In this document: in pieces, positions 46,580 through 56,204 of the stretch
Numbering within the stretch: the first letter of the stretch is position 1
How the letters are laid out: each line of letters opens with the position of its first letter
Source: Myxococcota bacterium
GTDB lineage: Bacteria; Myxococcota_A; Bradymonadia; UBA7976; UBA1532
Direction: 5' to 3'
Assembly: GCA_023150895.1 (NCBI GenBank)
Contig: JAKLJY010000004.1
Location: 43,605-107,604, forward strand
Length of the DNA: 64,000 nt
Made by a program: the position numbers and the translations under genes
The notes under the pieces: generated by a model
Seen by the model: the letters and a program-made list of their open reading frames with translations, nothing else
Database searches by the model: none
Told to the model about the DNA's origin: nothing

Positions 46580-47452
46580 TCAGGGCGCCGACGGAGGCGT
46601 CGGGTTCTCTGCCCTGTATTCCAGCTTGGCGATCGTCTCTTCGGCCGTGCGAACCCGGAGGGGTTCCTCGTCGTTGGCACGTCGGGCCAGGAAGAGACGG
46701 AGGTGGTGGATCGCCTGCTCCGCGTTGTCGTTCTCGAAGTAGGCGATGCCGAGGTTGAACAGCGCGTTCGTGAACGTGGGCTTCAGCTTGATGGCCGCCT
46801 GGAACGCTGCAATCGCGTCGTCGTAGCGTTGCTGGTTCTTGTAGATGACGGCCAGGTCGTGATGAAGCTCCGGAAACTCCGGATTGTTCTCAATGCCGTT
46901 CTTGAAGACCTGAATCGCCTGCGCGTACTTCTCGAACCGCGCGTACAGGTTGCCGAGCGCCTGGTACGGCTGGCCGAAGCGGGGCTTCAGCTTGATGGCC
47001 TGGATGAACTCCTCCTGGGCCCGGTCGAACTGCGCCTGGTTCTGAAGCGCGACGCCGAGTTCGAAGTGGCTCTCTCCCATGGCCGGGTTCTTCTCGATGG
47101 CCTTGCTGAACGCGTTGATGGCCTGCGGCCAGCGCTTGAGACGACCGTGAACCTTCCCGAGGTGGTAGTGGTACTGGGCCACTTCGGGATTCAGCTCGAT
47201 CGCTTTCTCGAAGTCGCGAACCGCCTCTTCGGGCTGGGAGGCCCGTTCAGCCCGGAGCAACCCGCGCTGGTAGAATGCGGCGTCGTTCGTCGGGTCGATC
47301 GTGACCGCCTCGTTGAACTGCACGATGGCGCCGGCAGTGTCACCCGCCTTGAAAGTCCGAACCGCCTCGTTCACCAGCTTGTCGGACTTGTTGCGCTCCA
47401 GATTGCAGCCGAGCGCAACGACCGCGCACGTGGCGATCCACCATCGCTTCAT
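46580..47452 (-). CDS. TPR-repeat lipoprotein (occupies the gltH position of a G1-like cluster)
   Basis: Start at MKRWWIATCAVVALGCN (lipobox). About 7 canonical TPRs (..AFYQRGLLRAERASQPEEAVRDFEKAIELNP..). Confidence 0.7.
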   Translation of the reverse strand: MKRWWIATCAVVALGCNLERNKSDKLVNEAVRTFKAGDTAGAIVQFNEAVTIDPTNDAAFYQRGLLRAERASQPEEAVRDFEKAIELNPEVAQYHYHLGKVHGRLKRWPQAINAFSKAIEKNPAMGESHFELGVALQNQAQFDRAQEEFIQAIKLKPRFGQPYQALGNLYARFEKYAQAIQVFKNGIENNPEFPELHHDLAVIYKNQQRYDDAIAAFQAAIKLKPTFTNALFNLGIAYFENDNAEQAIHHLRLFLARRANDEEPLRVRTAEETIAKLEYRAENPTPPSAP

Positions 47453-47925
47453 CGACGACCTCCGACCTTCGGGCATTCGCCGGTTCTGGTAACAGAGGGG
47501 ATCGCTCAGGTCAAGCGAGGGGTGCGGGCGACCGGCGTTTCGAGTCGGAAGCCCCGCTTCCATGTTCTGCAAGGTGACTGGCGACCGAATCGTCTACCGA
47601 CGCTCGCGCCGGAAACCTGTCGCCCCGGCGGCCGCCAGCGCTTGCCGCGCGCATCGGACGCGCGCATCCGGTCGGTCGTCCCCCCCTCCGTCGCGCGCCG
47701 TTGCGAACGGAATGACGCTCGCTCGACCGTTGCAGGCGCACCGCCGTCGTCTCGACGCCAGTTGGGCGGCGGTTGTGGCGAAACGCCCCGCGCGGCGGGC
47801 CGCGGCCGGGGCGAAACAGCCACTGGACTGAAGACGGGAGCGCGAAACCGGTGGGATCGAGGGAACGACCGTGCGCCAGAAACAGGCGCGACGTCAGCCT
47901 GTGAAGGGAGCGGGAGACCGGAGGA

Positions 47926-49746
47926 CTAGTTCGAGGCCTTGAACACGAACGGGTATTTGACGGTCACGATGCCGCCGCCCTTCGGCTCCGGAAAGACCCA
48001 GCGCTTGATCTTGTCGACGAGGCAGCTCTCGACGTCGCGGTCTCCCATGGTCGACTCTTCGATGACGGCCGCAATCACGCTGCCATTGCCCGAAATGGTG
48101 AACTTGACCGTGACCTTGCCGGCAAGGTCGCGCTTCACGTTGAGCTGCTTCTCGTAGCAGTACTTGTACTCCGCCGCATGCTGACGAATGATCCGACGGA
48201 TGGTCTCCATGTCGAGCGCGCCGCTGACGATGGGCTTGCCGGGGATGACCTGCGGGATCTTGCCGGAGCGTTCCCCGTAGCGCGACACTCCGCGGCCGTA
48301 ACCCGAGCCGCCTTCGCCACCCCCGCGTCCCATCGTGCCGATGTTCCCGACACCGATGGAGGAATCGCTGAAGCCGCCGCCGCCACGACCGGCACCGGCA
48401 ACGCCGAGTCCGCCGTAACCAGCCGCTTCACCCGTACGGTCGCCGAACATGTTGCCGAGCGCGCTGACGGCGTCCTCGCCGAGCGCCCGCTCCTGCGTGC
48501 CCCACACCGCGCTCAGCTCGCCCTCGAGCTGGTTGAAGGCAGCATTGGCCGTGTTGAGGGCCTCCATCTTGGCGCGTTCCTTGGCAAGCTGGATCTTCTC
48601 GGTGTCGGGCGGACCTTTGATCGCGAACCGCTGGTTCTTCTGATCGGAGTCCTTCTTGCCCATCTTGCCTTCTTCGTCACGCGCCTTGGCGGCTGCCTCG
48701 CCCTCATCCTCCTTGAGGCCCTTGAAGAGGTCCTCGATCTTGTCTTCTTTCTCGGTCTCCGGCTTGAGCATGAACTCGACGTAGCGCTCCTGCACGTCGA
48801 AGGCGTCGAGTTCGAGCCGCTCTGCGTCTTCCGGGACGGAAAGGATGATGGCTGCGAAGAGCGCATGAAGCGCCGCCGCCGCAAGGAAGTAGCGGCCGAA
48901 GTGTCCGTCGAACGAGGAGAAGATGCCGACCGGCGGCAGCGGACGGACCGCCGCGACATGATTCACGAGGAACGTGGCGCCACCGAAGTGGAGGCGCGCG
49001 CGGGCCTTCGGCGGGAGTCGCAGCGCGTGGCTCCGGGTCACGCTGCTGCTCTTCCCCAGCTTGCCGGCGGCCTTCAACTCGTCGAGCGAGTACACCTGCC
49101 CGTCGAGCATGACGTCGCCCTGCACGCTTTCGGGCACGTTCACGACCATGTCCGCGCCGTTGGTCGAAGCGAGGGGGTACGGGTCTTCCGGTACGAGGTC
49201 ACCCCGGACGAAGTGATTCACCTCGTTCGCCTGACCGATCGTATAGGTGCCCTGCTCACGCAGATGGCTGATGTCGACCACGGCGTCGCCGAACATCGCG
49301 ACGACCTCGAGTGCGCGGCCGCCGTCCGAATCCGACTCGTCTTCCTCGAACGTCGGCGCGCGGCGCGCGACCTCCTGGGGACGAACGATGGCCGTCGCCA
49401 TCGCATTGACGTCCGGTCGTGCCGAGGCAGCGCTCTGGCCCGAGATCGTCACGACGATGCGGTGTCGGCCGAGCGTCAACGCGTCTCCGCTCCGGAGCCG
49501 CTGCTTGGTCACCGGTTGCCCGTTGACCAGCGTGCCTTTGGTGCTCCCGAGGTCGAGCACGACAACGTCGTCCGCACTGCCGACCTCGATGACGGCGTGC
49601 ATGCGCGAGACGTCGTCATCGTCGATCCGAAGGTGCGACGACGAGAGCTTTCCGATCTTGATCGTCGGCTCGGCGAGCACCTCGGTTCGCACGAGGCGAT
49701 CACCGTCGTAGATCTCGAACTGAATGGGAACTTTGGGCGTGTCCAT
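47926..49746 (-). CDS. FHA-domain / single-TM / Gly-rich / TonB-C-like protein (GltG/PglI(AgmV)-like)
   Basis: N-terminal FHA (..IGKLSSSHLRIDDDDVSRMHAVIEV...LDLGSTKGTLVNGQPV..). TM helix (YFLAAAALHALFAAIILSV). Gly-rich linker. C-terminal TonB_C-like fold (..GKVTVKFTISGNGSVIAAVIEEST..VKYPFVFK). Confidence 0.8.
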   Translation of the reverse strand: MDTPKVPIQFEIYDGDRLVRTEVLAEPTIKIGKLSSSHLRIDDDDVSRMHAVIEVGSADDVVVLDLGSTKGTLVNGQPVTKQRLRSGDALTLGRHRIVVTISGQSAASARPDVNAMATAIVRPQEVARRAPTFEEDESDSDGGRALEVVAMFGDAVVDISHLREQGTYTIGQANEVNHFVRGDLVPEDPYPLASTNGADMVVNVPESVQGDVMLDGQVYSLDELKAAGKLGKSSSVTRSHALRLPPKARARLHFGGATFLVNHVAAVRPLPPVGIFSSFDGHFGRYFLAAAALHALFAAIILSVPEDAERLELDAFDVQERYVEFMLKPETEKEDKIEDLFKGLKEDEGEAAAKARDEEGKMGKKDSDQKNQRFAIKGPPDTEKIQLAKERAKMEALNTANAAFNQLEGELSAVWGTQERALGEDAVSALGNMFGDRTGEAAGYGGLGVAGAGRGGGGFSDSSIGVGNIGTMGRGGGEGGSGYGRGVSRYGERSGKIPQVIPGKPIVSGALDMETIRRIIRQHAAEYKYCYEKQLNVKRDLAGKVTVKFTISGNGSVIAAVIEESTMGDRDVESCLVDKIKRWVFPEPKGGGIVTVKYPFVFKASN

Positions 49747-49754
49747 GGGCTCTC

Positions 49755-50039
49755 TCAGATGTCCTCGGCCGACTTGAGCATCTCCGGCACGAAAGATTCG
49801 CGAATGCGAATCAAACTGCTGTGCCGGGCCGCGCGGCGCGCGTCCAGGTATTCACCTTCAGGGCGGATGAACGAACCTTCCACCACGTCGTCCTCGAAGT
49901 CGTAGACGGTCTCCTTCTTGTAGACGACACCGGGATCATTCGGATCCTGGACCACGTCGTCTCCGGCCGCCTGGGCCATTGCCGAGGCCGGCGCGACGGC
50001 GACGATGGAGAGAAGAAGGACCACGAACTTCGAGCGCAT
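49755..50039 (-). CDS. small secreted protein, 94 aa (GltF-like position)
   Basis: Start at MRSKFVVLLLSIVAVAPASAMA with a strong SD (AAGGAG 6 nt upstream). Begins 8 nt upstream of the FHA gene start. Confidence 0.5.
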   Translation of the reverse strand: MRSKFVVLLLSIVAVAPASAMAQAAGDDVVQDPNDPGVVYKKETVYDFEDDVVEGSFIRPEGEYLDARRAARHSSLIRIRESFVPEMLKSAEDI

Positions 50040-50155
50040 GCAGAACTCCTTTCGGACGGCGGACACGCCGGCCGAGATGATAGCCGCGTTTGACGGAGGT
50101 GGAAAGCTCGCTCAACGGGTGAGACACGGGCCCGAGAGCGAAGTTCCCGAGAAAA

Positions 50156-51418
50156 TCACGGCTGGACGTTTTCCGGGGGCGCCGCGGAGGGAGGCGCGGC
50201 TGCGGCATCCCGCTTCTCCTGCTCGGCCTGCTGCCGCATCATCTCCTCCGCCTCCTTGAGGTTCTGGAGTTGAATCTGCGCCTGCTTGATGCGCTCGGAA
50301 GCGTCCTTGCGGAGTTCGGCGTTGCTCCCCTCGTACCGCAGCGCGTTCTCGTAGGACTTCATGGCATCGGGGAGCTTCTGCTGAAACTCCTGCTGCAGAA
50401 CACCGAGATTGAACCACGCAGCACCGTTCTTCTCGTCGGCGGCGATGACGGCCCGGTAGCCGCGCTCGGCCTCTTCGTAGTTCCCCATGCCGCGCGCGGC
50501 GACGGCTCGAGAGAGAAGCGCCTGCGTATTCTTCGGTTCGACCTGCGTCACCGTGTCGAAAGAACGGAAGCTCCGTTCGTAGTCCTTGTAGCTGAACGTA
50601 ATGGACCCGATGTTCATCAGGCTCGGCACATACTTGGGATCGGCTTCCACGGCCTTTTCGAACGAGGCCATCGCCTTCGTCACATCGGCCATGCGCAGGT
50701 GAACGAGGCCGAGGAGATTGTGCACCGCCGCGTTCTTCTCGGAGATGTTCAGCGCCTGAACGCAAACGAGTTTCGCGAGCTCGTACTTGCCCATGTCGAA
50801 ATAGGTCCACGCGAGAACGACATAGGCGTCGACGTTCTGGCTGTCTTCCTTCAAGGCCGTCCGCACGCGCTTGACCGCATCCGGATAGTCCCGACGGTTC
50901 TTCGACGACATCGCGAGATTCAGGTGTGCGTACCCGTTCAGAGGTTCGACCTGAATGGCCTGTTGGTAGGCCGCCTCGGCCTCCCCTCGCCGGCCCTCGG
51001 CCTGATACATCGCGGCCAGATTGACCAGGCCGTCCCCATTCTTGGGGTCCTTCTCCTGGACCTTCTTGTACCAGTCGCGAGCCTCGTCCTTCTTCCCCTG
51101 CGCCTCGGCGACGACGCCGAGGTTGAAGTAGCCGGCCCCGAACTTCTCATCCTCGCCGACGGCGTCCTTCAGCGCATTCTCGGCTGCCGCGAGGTTGCCG
51201 CTCCGGTAGGCATTGGACGCGTCGCGGAAGTTCTCCACGGCGGCTCGTTTGACCTTGGGCTTGGGTGCCGACTCCTCGGTGCCGTCGGCGTTGGGGCCAC
51301 CCGGTGCCTCCTCATCGGAGGGCGCGGTCGGTTTGGGAGCGCTGCCGCCGCAAGCGGAGAGCAGAAGAGTGGCGAACGCCGGCATCCAAGCGGCGCGCAA
51401 TGACCGGCGGACCATCAC
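50156..51418 (-). CDS. TPR-repeat lipoprotein (GltE/AglT-like)
   Basis: GTG-ATG start overlapping the upstream stop (GTGATG). Lipobox LLSAC. About 8 TPRs. Lys/Asn-rich. Confidence 0.75.
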   Translation of the reverse strand: MMVRRSLRAAWMPAFATLLLSACGGSAPKPTAPSDEEAPGGPNADGTEESAPKPKVKRAAVENFRDASNAYRSGNLAAAENALKDAVGEDEKFGAGYFNLGVVAEAQGKKDEARDWYKKVQEKDPKNGDGLVNLAAMYQAEGRRGEAEAAYQQAIQVEPLNGYAHLNLAMSSKNRRDYPDAVKRVRTALKEDSQNVDAYVVLAWTYFDMGKYELAKLVCVQALNISEKNAAVHNLLGLVHLRMADVTKAMASFEKAVEADPKYVPSLMNIGSITFSYKDYERSFRSFDTVTQVEPKNTQALLSRAVAARGMGNYEEAERGYRAVIAADEKNGAAWFNLGVLQQEFQQKLPDAMKSYENALRYEGSNAELRKDASERIKQAQIQLQNLKEAEEMMRQQAEQEKRDAAAAPPSAAPPENVQP

Positions 51419-54400
51419 TGCTCCTCCTGAACGTGCAGATCGGTGATGTACGGCTGTCGGAACGTGGCGTCACCGAAGTGCTCGGGCTTCGCGCGGACCT
51501 CACCGTCGTAGCGGTACTCCTTGGGACTCAGGCGAGCGAGCTCTTTCGCCGCCTTGTCCGAGTACTCGTTGAACCAGCGCAGCTCCTGTGCCTTCTTGAC
51601 TGCCGTGACGTAGGCTTCGATGGCCTTGGCCTCGACCGGCTGCGCACGCTCTGCCATCGACCCCTTATAGGTCTCCACCTGCTCCTCGTTGAAGGAGCCC
51701 GGCGCCGGCGCGTCGTAGATGTCGTTGGCGAGCTGCTGGAACATCTCGCCGATGCGAGTCAGCGCAGCGATCGCCCAGTTGGCGGAGCGGAACTCGATGA
51801 CCTCGAGGTAGACCGCGCGAGCGGAGGCGATCAGCTCCGACTTCTTGACGATGACCTTGGTCATCTCCTCGATGAACTTCTTCACGTTCTGGTACGGGTG
51901 AATCTTCAGTTTCACCGCGTCGAACTCCCGTCGGATGGCTTCGCCCATCTGGAATCGGGCTTCCGCGACCGCCGTCAGTCCGGTCGTCAGGTCCTTCTTC
52001 TCGGCATCGCCGAGCTTCGTGAAGGCGGCGTACGAGGTTGCGTAGGCCTTCTGCGCGTTCGTGACGTCCTTCTTCTTCTCGTAGGCGTTTCCGATGTGGA
52101 CGTAGGCCTCGAGGGTGAGGTCGATCTTGCCGGCCTTCCCGTGCTTGCGCAGGTACTCATTGAAGTGGCGAATCACGTCGTCCCACTTCTCCTGCTTCTT
52201 GTACGTGAGACCCATCGAGAAGAAGACCTCTGCCGCCTCGTCGGGCTTCGACCCGATGAGCTTCATGTACGCGACGGAGTCGGCGAGCGCCTGATCGTAG
52301 TCTCCGAGGCCCTGTCGGAAGACGGCGGCGTTGCGCAGCGCGTCGCGGGCGTTCTCCTCCTTCGGGAACTTCTCGGCGTAGGCCTCGTAGATCTTCGCCG
52401 CCTGGCTGTAGATCGCAAGTGCGTGCAGGTTGCCCGCGATCTGGAAGAGCGCCTTCGGGACGAGTTCGCTCTGCGGCACCTCGTTGACGATCTTGAGCTT
52501 CATCTCGATCGACTGCTCGAGCATCTTCTCGCGCTCGTAGTTCAGAGCAGCGTTGTAGAACGCCTTGTCGACGAACTCCGAGGTCGGGTAGTTGGCGGCG
52601 TACTGCTTGAAGCACGTTGCGGCCTTCACGTACTCCTTCGTTCGCTCGATGCCCTGGCACTTCTTGAAGGAGCTCTGCTGCTTGAGCTTCAGGAGCAGCG
52701 CGTAGAACTCCGGGTCCCGTTGCGCGGTGTAGATCTTCAGGAAGATGTCCACCTGCTTCTCGAGGGTGACCATGTCGCCCGTGATGTTGTAGGCGTCGAG
52801 GAGCAGATTGGCGGCAAAGACCGCGAGTCGGTGCTCGGGGTGCTTCTCGGAGATGCTCTTGAAGCGAGGCATGGCCTCGTTGAATTGATTGAAGTCGTAG
52901 TAGATGCGGGCCGCGTCGTACTCGATGTCGACGAGGTATTCGCTCTCTTTCACGAACTTCGAGTAGATGTCGCACGCCTTGATGAACTTGACGTGGCTCT
53001 CGGGCAGGGGCTTCGGGGGCGGCACGCCGCCGTCACCCTTCGACTCGACGTTGGCGACATCGCCCGTGCCCTGGTCCTGCTTGATGTCGATGAGCTTCTT
53101 GTACGAGAGGACCTGCCCCTGGGCGGCATCGGGGGTGAACTCGCCATCCGCCTTGATGTTCAGCGTCGCTTCGTAGGCCTTGGCGGCCTCGAGCCACTTC
53201 TGGCCAGCGTAGGCCAGTTCGGCGAAGTAGAACTGGATCGTGTAGATGTTCGGCCCTTGGGGGAACACCTCGATGTAGTCCTTATAGAGTTCGTACGAGA
53301 TCGCGTAGTCGTCGTTGTTCTTGGTCTTCGTCCACTGGATGTGCATCTGGACCGAGAGCGACCGGACGAGCTCTTCAATCTTCTCGCCGTCGGCGGCGAC
53401 CTTCTTCGGGTCGGCGTCTTTGGCTTCACGGACCTTGCGCCACAGGTCGACGAGGCGCTTGACCTCGCGCACGATCTCGGTCGCGTCGCGGCTCATGTTC
53501 CGCGTGTTGAAGGCGACCTGCATCTCGTAGTGCACGACCTTGTAGCTGTTGGGAGACTGTGCGATCAGGTCGCGATAGAGCCGGTTCGACTTCTCGAACT
53601 GACCGGTCAGCGAGTAGAGGTCGGCGAGGTTCTCGGCGAGGGTCAGGTAGTCGTCCGGGGCCGCTTTGCGGAAAAACGGGATGGCCTGATTCGGGTTGGC
53701 GTCCTCGATGTTGACGTAGGCGCGGACGAGGTCGCGGAGTGCTTCCTTCTTGAGCGAGAGCCGGTTCGGGGACGGCCGGCCGGTTTGCTCGTTGGTGAAC
53801 TTGACCACCATCAGGAACTGCGCGAGCGCCTGCTTGTAGTCGGCGATGTTCATGAAACACCAGCCGAGCTTGTAGAGCGCGTAGCCGTAGGTCTGAGCGT
53901 CTTTGTAGTTGGTGACGACCTTCTGGTAGGCCTTGAGCGCCTGCTCGACCTCGCCCGCGTCGAAATAGATCTCACCGATGTTCGTCAACGTGTCCGCGAC
54001 GTGCGGGGACTTCGGGTAGCGCTTGATGAGCTCGATGTAGATCTTCTTGGCCTTCTCGGGCTCCTGCTTCTGCTGGTAGTTGTAGCCGAGGGCGAAGAGC
54101 ACACCGTCGAGGCGGGGGTACTGCGGGAAGTTCTTGACGATGTCGACGTAGACCTTGATCGCGTCGTCCCGGTACTTCTGAGAAGACTGCAGGAGCTTGT
54201 CCCGCTCGACCTCGCAACCCTTCTCGGCGCCCTTGTTGCCGCCCGCCTTCTTCAGGCACTCCCCTTCGCGGTCATACGCCCGGATGAAGAGGTCCGAGGA
54301 CCGCTGCCAGTACATCTCGGAAAGGCGGTCATAGAGGTCGGGCTTCGCCGGGTCGTTGTCGGGCGTCGAGGCGATGAGCTTCCGCAGCAGTTCGAGCGCC

Positions 54401-54651
54401 TCGCGGAACTTGTCCTCCGACTGAGCCTCGGCGGACTTCCGGCTCCGGGCCTGCTCCATGTTCATGCGGGGGCCCTTCTTCTCGGCCTCCGCTTTCTTCT
54501 TCGGGTCGACCTGACCGAGGTCGGCCTGACCCTGGGCCTTGATCTCCACCTGGCGCTTGCTGCCCTGGGCCCAGGCGCTCGAAGCGCCGCACAGGAGGGA
54601 CAGGGCCAGGGCGCCGCGCAGCGCGAGGCTCTTGCACGTCATCGACCGCAC
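51415..54651 (-). CDS. large secreted TPR-repeat protein, about 1075 aa (GltD/AgmU-like)
   Basis: Sec signal (..LSLLCGASSAWA/QG). TPR and helical repeats throughout. Lys/Tyr-rich. Likely ATG at 54642 overlapping the upstream stop (ATGA); the track start is GTG 54651. Confidence 0.8.
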   Translation of the reverse strand: MRSMTCKSLALRGALALSLLCGASSAWAQGSKRQVEIKAQGQADLGQVDPKKKAEAEKKGPRMNMEQARSRKSAEAQSEDKFREALELLRKLIASTPDNDPAKPDLYDRLSEMYWQRSSDLFIRAYDREGECLKKAGGNKGAEKGCEVERDKLLQSSQKYRDDAIKVYVDIVKNFPQYPRLDGVLFALGYNYQQKQEPEKAKKIYIELIKRYPKSPHVADTLTNIGEIYFDAGEVEQALKAYQKVVTNYKDAQTYGYALYKLGWCFMNIADYKQALAQFLMVVKFTNEQTGRPSPNRLSLKKEALRDLVRAYVNIEDANPNQAIPFFRKAAPDDYLTLAENLADLYSLTGQFEKSNRLYRDLIAQSPNSYKVVHYEMQVAFNTRNMSRDATEIVREVKRLVDLWRKVREAKDADPKKVAADGEKIEELVRSLSVQMHIQWTKTKNNDDYAISYELYKDYIEVFPQGPNIYTIQFYFAELAYAGQKWLEAAKAYEATLNIKADGEFTPDAAQGQVLSYKKLIDIKQDQGTGDVANVESKGDGGVPPPKPLPESHVKFIKACDIYSKFVKESEYLVDIEYDAARIYYDFNQFNEAMPRFKSISEKHPEHRLAVFAANLLLDAYNITGDMVTLEKQVDIFLKIYTAQRDPEFYALLLKLKQQSSFKKCQGIERTKEYVKAATCFKQYAANYPTSEFVDKAFYNAALNYEREKMLEQSIEMKLKIVNEVPQSELVPKALFQIAGNLHALAIYSQAAKIYEAYAEKFPKEENARDALRNAAVFRQGLGDYDQALADSVAYMKLIGSKPDEAAEVFFSMGLTYKKQEKWDDVIRHFNEYLRKHGKAGKIDLTLEAYVHIGNAYEKKKDVTNAQKAYATSYAAFTKLGDAEKKDLTTGLTAVAEARFQMGEAIRREFDAVKLKIHPYQNVKKFIEEMTKVIVKKSELIASARAVYLEVIEFRSANWAIAALTRIGEMFQQLANDIYDAPAPGSFNEEQVETYKGSMAERAQPVEAKAIEAYVTAVKKAQELRWFNEYSDKAAKELARLSPKEYRYDGEVRAKPEHFGDATFRQPYITDLHVQEEQ

Positions 54652-56204
54652 TCCGACTTGATGGTGTACAGGTAGTAGCCGAGTTCGTCGCGCCAGTACT
54701 CACCCGTGAAGGGCCAGTAGATGTGCTCGTCGTCCGTCGCGTAGAGCGGCCCCTTCTGGGTCGAGCGATTCTCGAATCCGGCGCCTTGCAGGCGGTTCTC
54801 GAGGACGCCCTTCTCGGCCGACGCCACCTCGAACTCGATCTTCAACGACTGGCTGATGAGGTCCCCGAGTTCGTCGACGACGCGCTTGAGGCGCGACTTG
54901 GCGAGCGCCCCGGCCTCGTGCTCGGCGAGCGACTTGATGACCTCGATCTCCTGGATGATGAGCTTCGCGAGCTCGCTCTGCGCCCAGCTGGACTTCGAAC
55001 GACGAATGAGATCCACCTCGCGATCGAGCTCCCGGACATAAGCGGCGATTCGCTTCAACTGCTGGTCCTGGAAGGCCGCGTTCAGGATCTGCTGTACGCG
55101 GGCGGACATGGACTTCCCCTCGGACTGCAAACGGCTGAGGAAGCCGTAGAGCTCCGCCGGGTCCGAGTAGTTCTCGAGGTAACCCTTGATCTCGTCGCGC
55201 AGCGGCTCGTAGGTCAGCCGGAACTCGTTGATGGCGTCCCGCGTCTTCGAATAGTTGCAGTTCGAGTAGAAGATCACGGACGTCAGAATCCCTGCCTCCG
55301 GGTAGTACTCGTCACCGAAGAACGGGGAGTTCAGGGTGTGGAGATTGCCGAGGGCCTTCTCGTGGTTGTTGAGCCGGAAGAACGCCCAGCTCGCCTCGAA
55401 GAGCCCGTCGAGCCAGAGGACGCTGTCGAGGGGCACCTGGTCGTAGTACTTCACGGCCTGGCGGAACTGCCCCGTGCTGTAGAACACGCGCGCCATGCTC
55501 AGGATGGCGAGCTGATTGAAGTACTTGAGGTCTTCGCTGGGGTTGTCGCTGCTCGCCGTCGCCTTGAGGAGGTCCTTGAAGGCCTCGACGGCCGGTTTCG
55601 GCTGCTCGAGCCGGACATACGCGATGCCCTGGAGAAACTTCGCTTTCGGGAAGTAGCGGCTCTCCGGGGTCACCAGGGTCAGCGCCTGGAGCGCCTGTTC
55701 CATCGCGCCCTTCTTGTAATGGAACTGACCGAGCAGGTAGGCCATCTCGGCCCGGAACTCGGTCGGGCAGTCTTCCGCCTTGTATTTGGCGATCTTCTCG
55801 AGCAGCCCGGGGTCACCGGAGAGTTTGCGCGAGAGGTAGTAGAGCCACTTGCACGTCGCCTTGAAGTAGCGGTGTTCCGGTCCCGCCTGGACGACGTGGT
55901 CGAAGAAATTGAGCGAGGCCTGATAGAGGCCGAGCCGGTAGAGCGTCTTGCCGAGCGTGTACTCGGCCTTCTGCTCGACCGGCGTCACGGCGACCTCGTT
56001 GCGCGCAACGATGCGATGGAGGATCAGGCTCGCCCGAAGCCAATCCCGCTTCTTGTAAGCGGCGAGGGCTTCATCGAGTTCGCCGGCGGACTCCTTGTCG
56101 CCCTCCACGCTGACCGGCGCGAAGTCCATGTCGTCGGCGCCGAAGGCCGGCAGCGAAGAAAGGAGCACCAGTGAGAAGGCCAGCAAAGGCAAACGCACGC
56201 GCAT
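54639..56204 (-). CDS. secreted TPR-like protein, 521 aa, first gene of the operon
   Basis: ATG 56204 preceded by GGAGGA. Sec signal (..LPAFG/ADD). TPR-like helical repeats and a C-terminal coiled-coil-like region. Confidence 0.7.
   Translation of the reverse strand: MRVRLPLLAFSLVLLSSLPAFGADDMDFAPVSVEGDKESAGELDEALAAYKKRDWLRASLILHRIVARNEVAVTPVEQKAEYTLGKTLYRLGLYQASLNFFDHVVQAGPEHRYFKATCKWLYYLSRKLSGDPGLLEKIAKYKAEDCPTEFRAEMAYLLGQFHYKKGAMEQALQALTLVTPESRYFPKAKFLQGIAYVRLEQPKPAVEAFKDLLKATASSDNPSEDLKYFNQLAILSMARVFYSTGQFRQAVKYYDQVPLDSVLWLDGLFEASWAFFRLNNHEKALGNLHTLNSPFFGDEYYPEAGILTSVIFYSNCNYSKTRDAINEFRLTYEPLRDEIKGYLENYSDPAELYGFLSRLQSEGKSMSARVQQILNAAFQDQQLKRIAAYVRELDREVDLIRRSKSSWAQSELAKLIIQEIEVIKSLAEHEAGALAKSRLKRVVDELGDLISQSLKIEFEVASAEKGVLENRLQGAGFENRSTQKGPLYATDDEHIYWPFTGEYWRDELGYYLYTIKSECGR

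Noticed and set aside
46580-47452. Calling the 290-aa TPR lipoprotein 'gltH'
   Set aside because: As I recall, M. xanthus GltH is described as an OM beta-barrel, not a TPR lipoprotein. Only the position matches, so no gene symbol is assigned.
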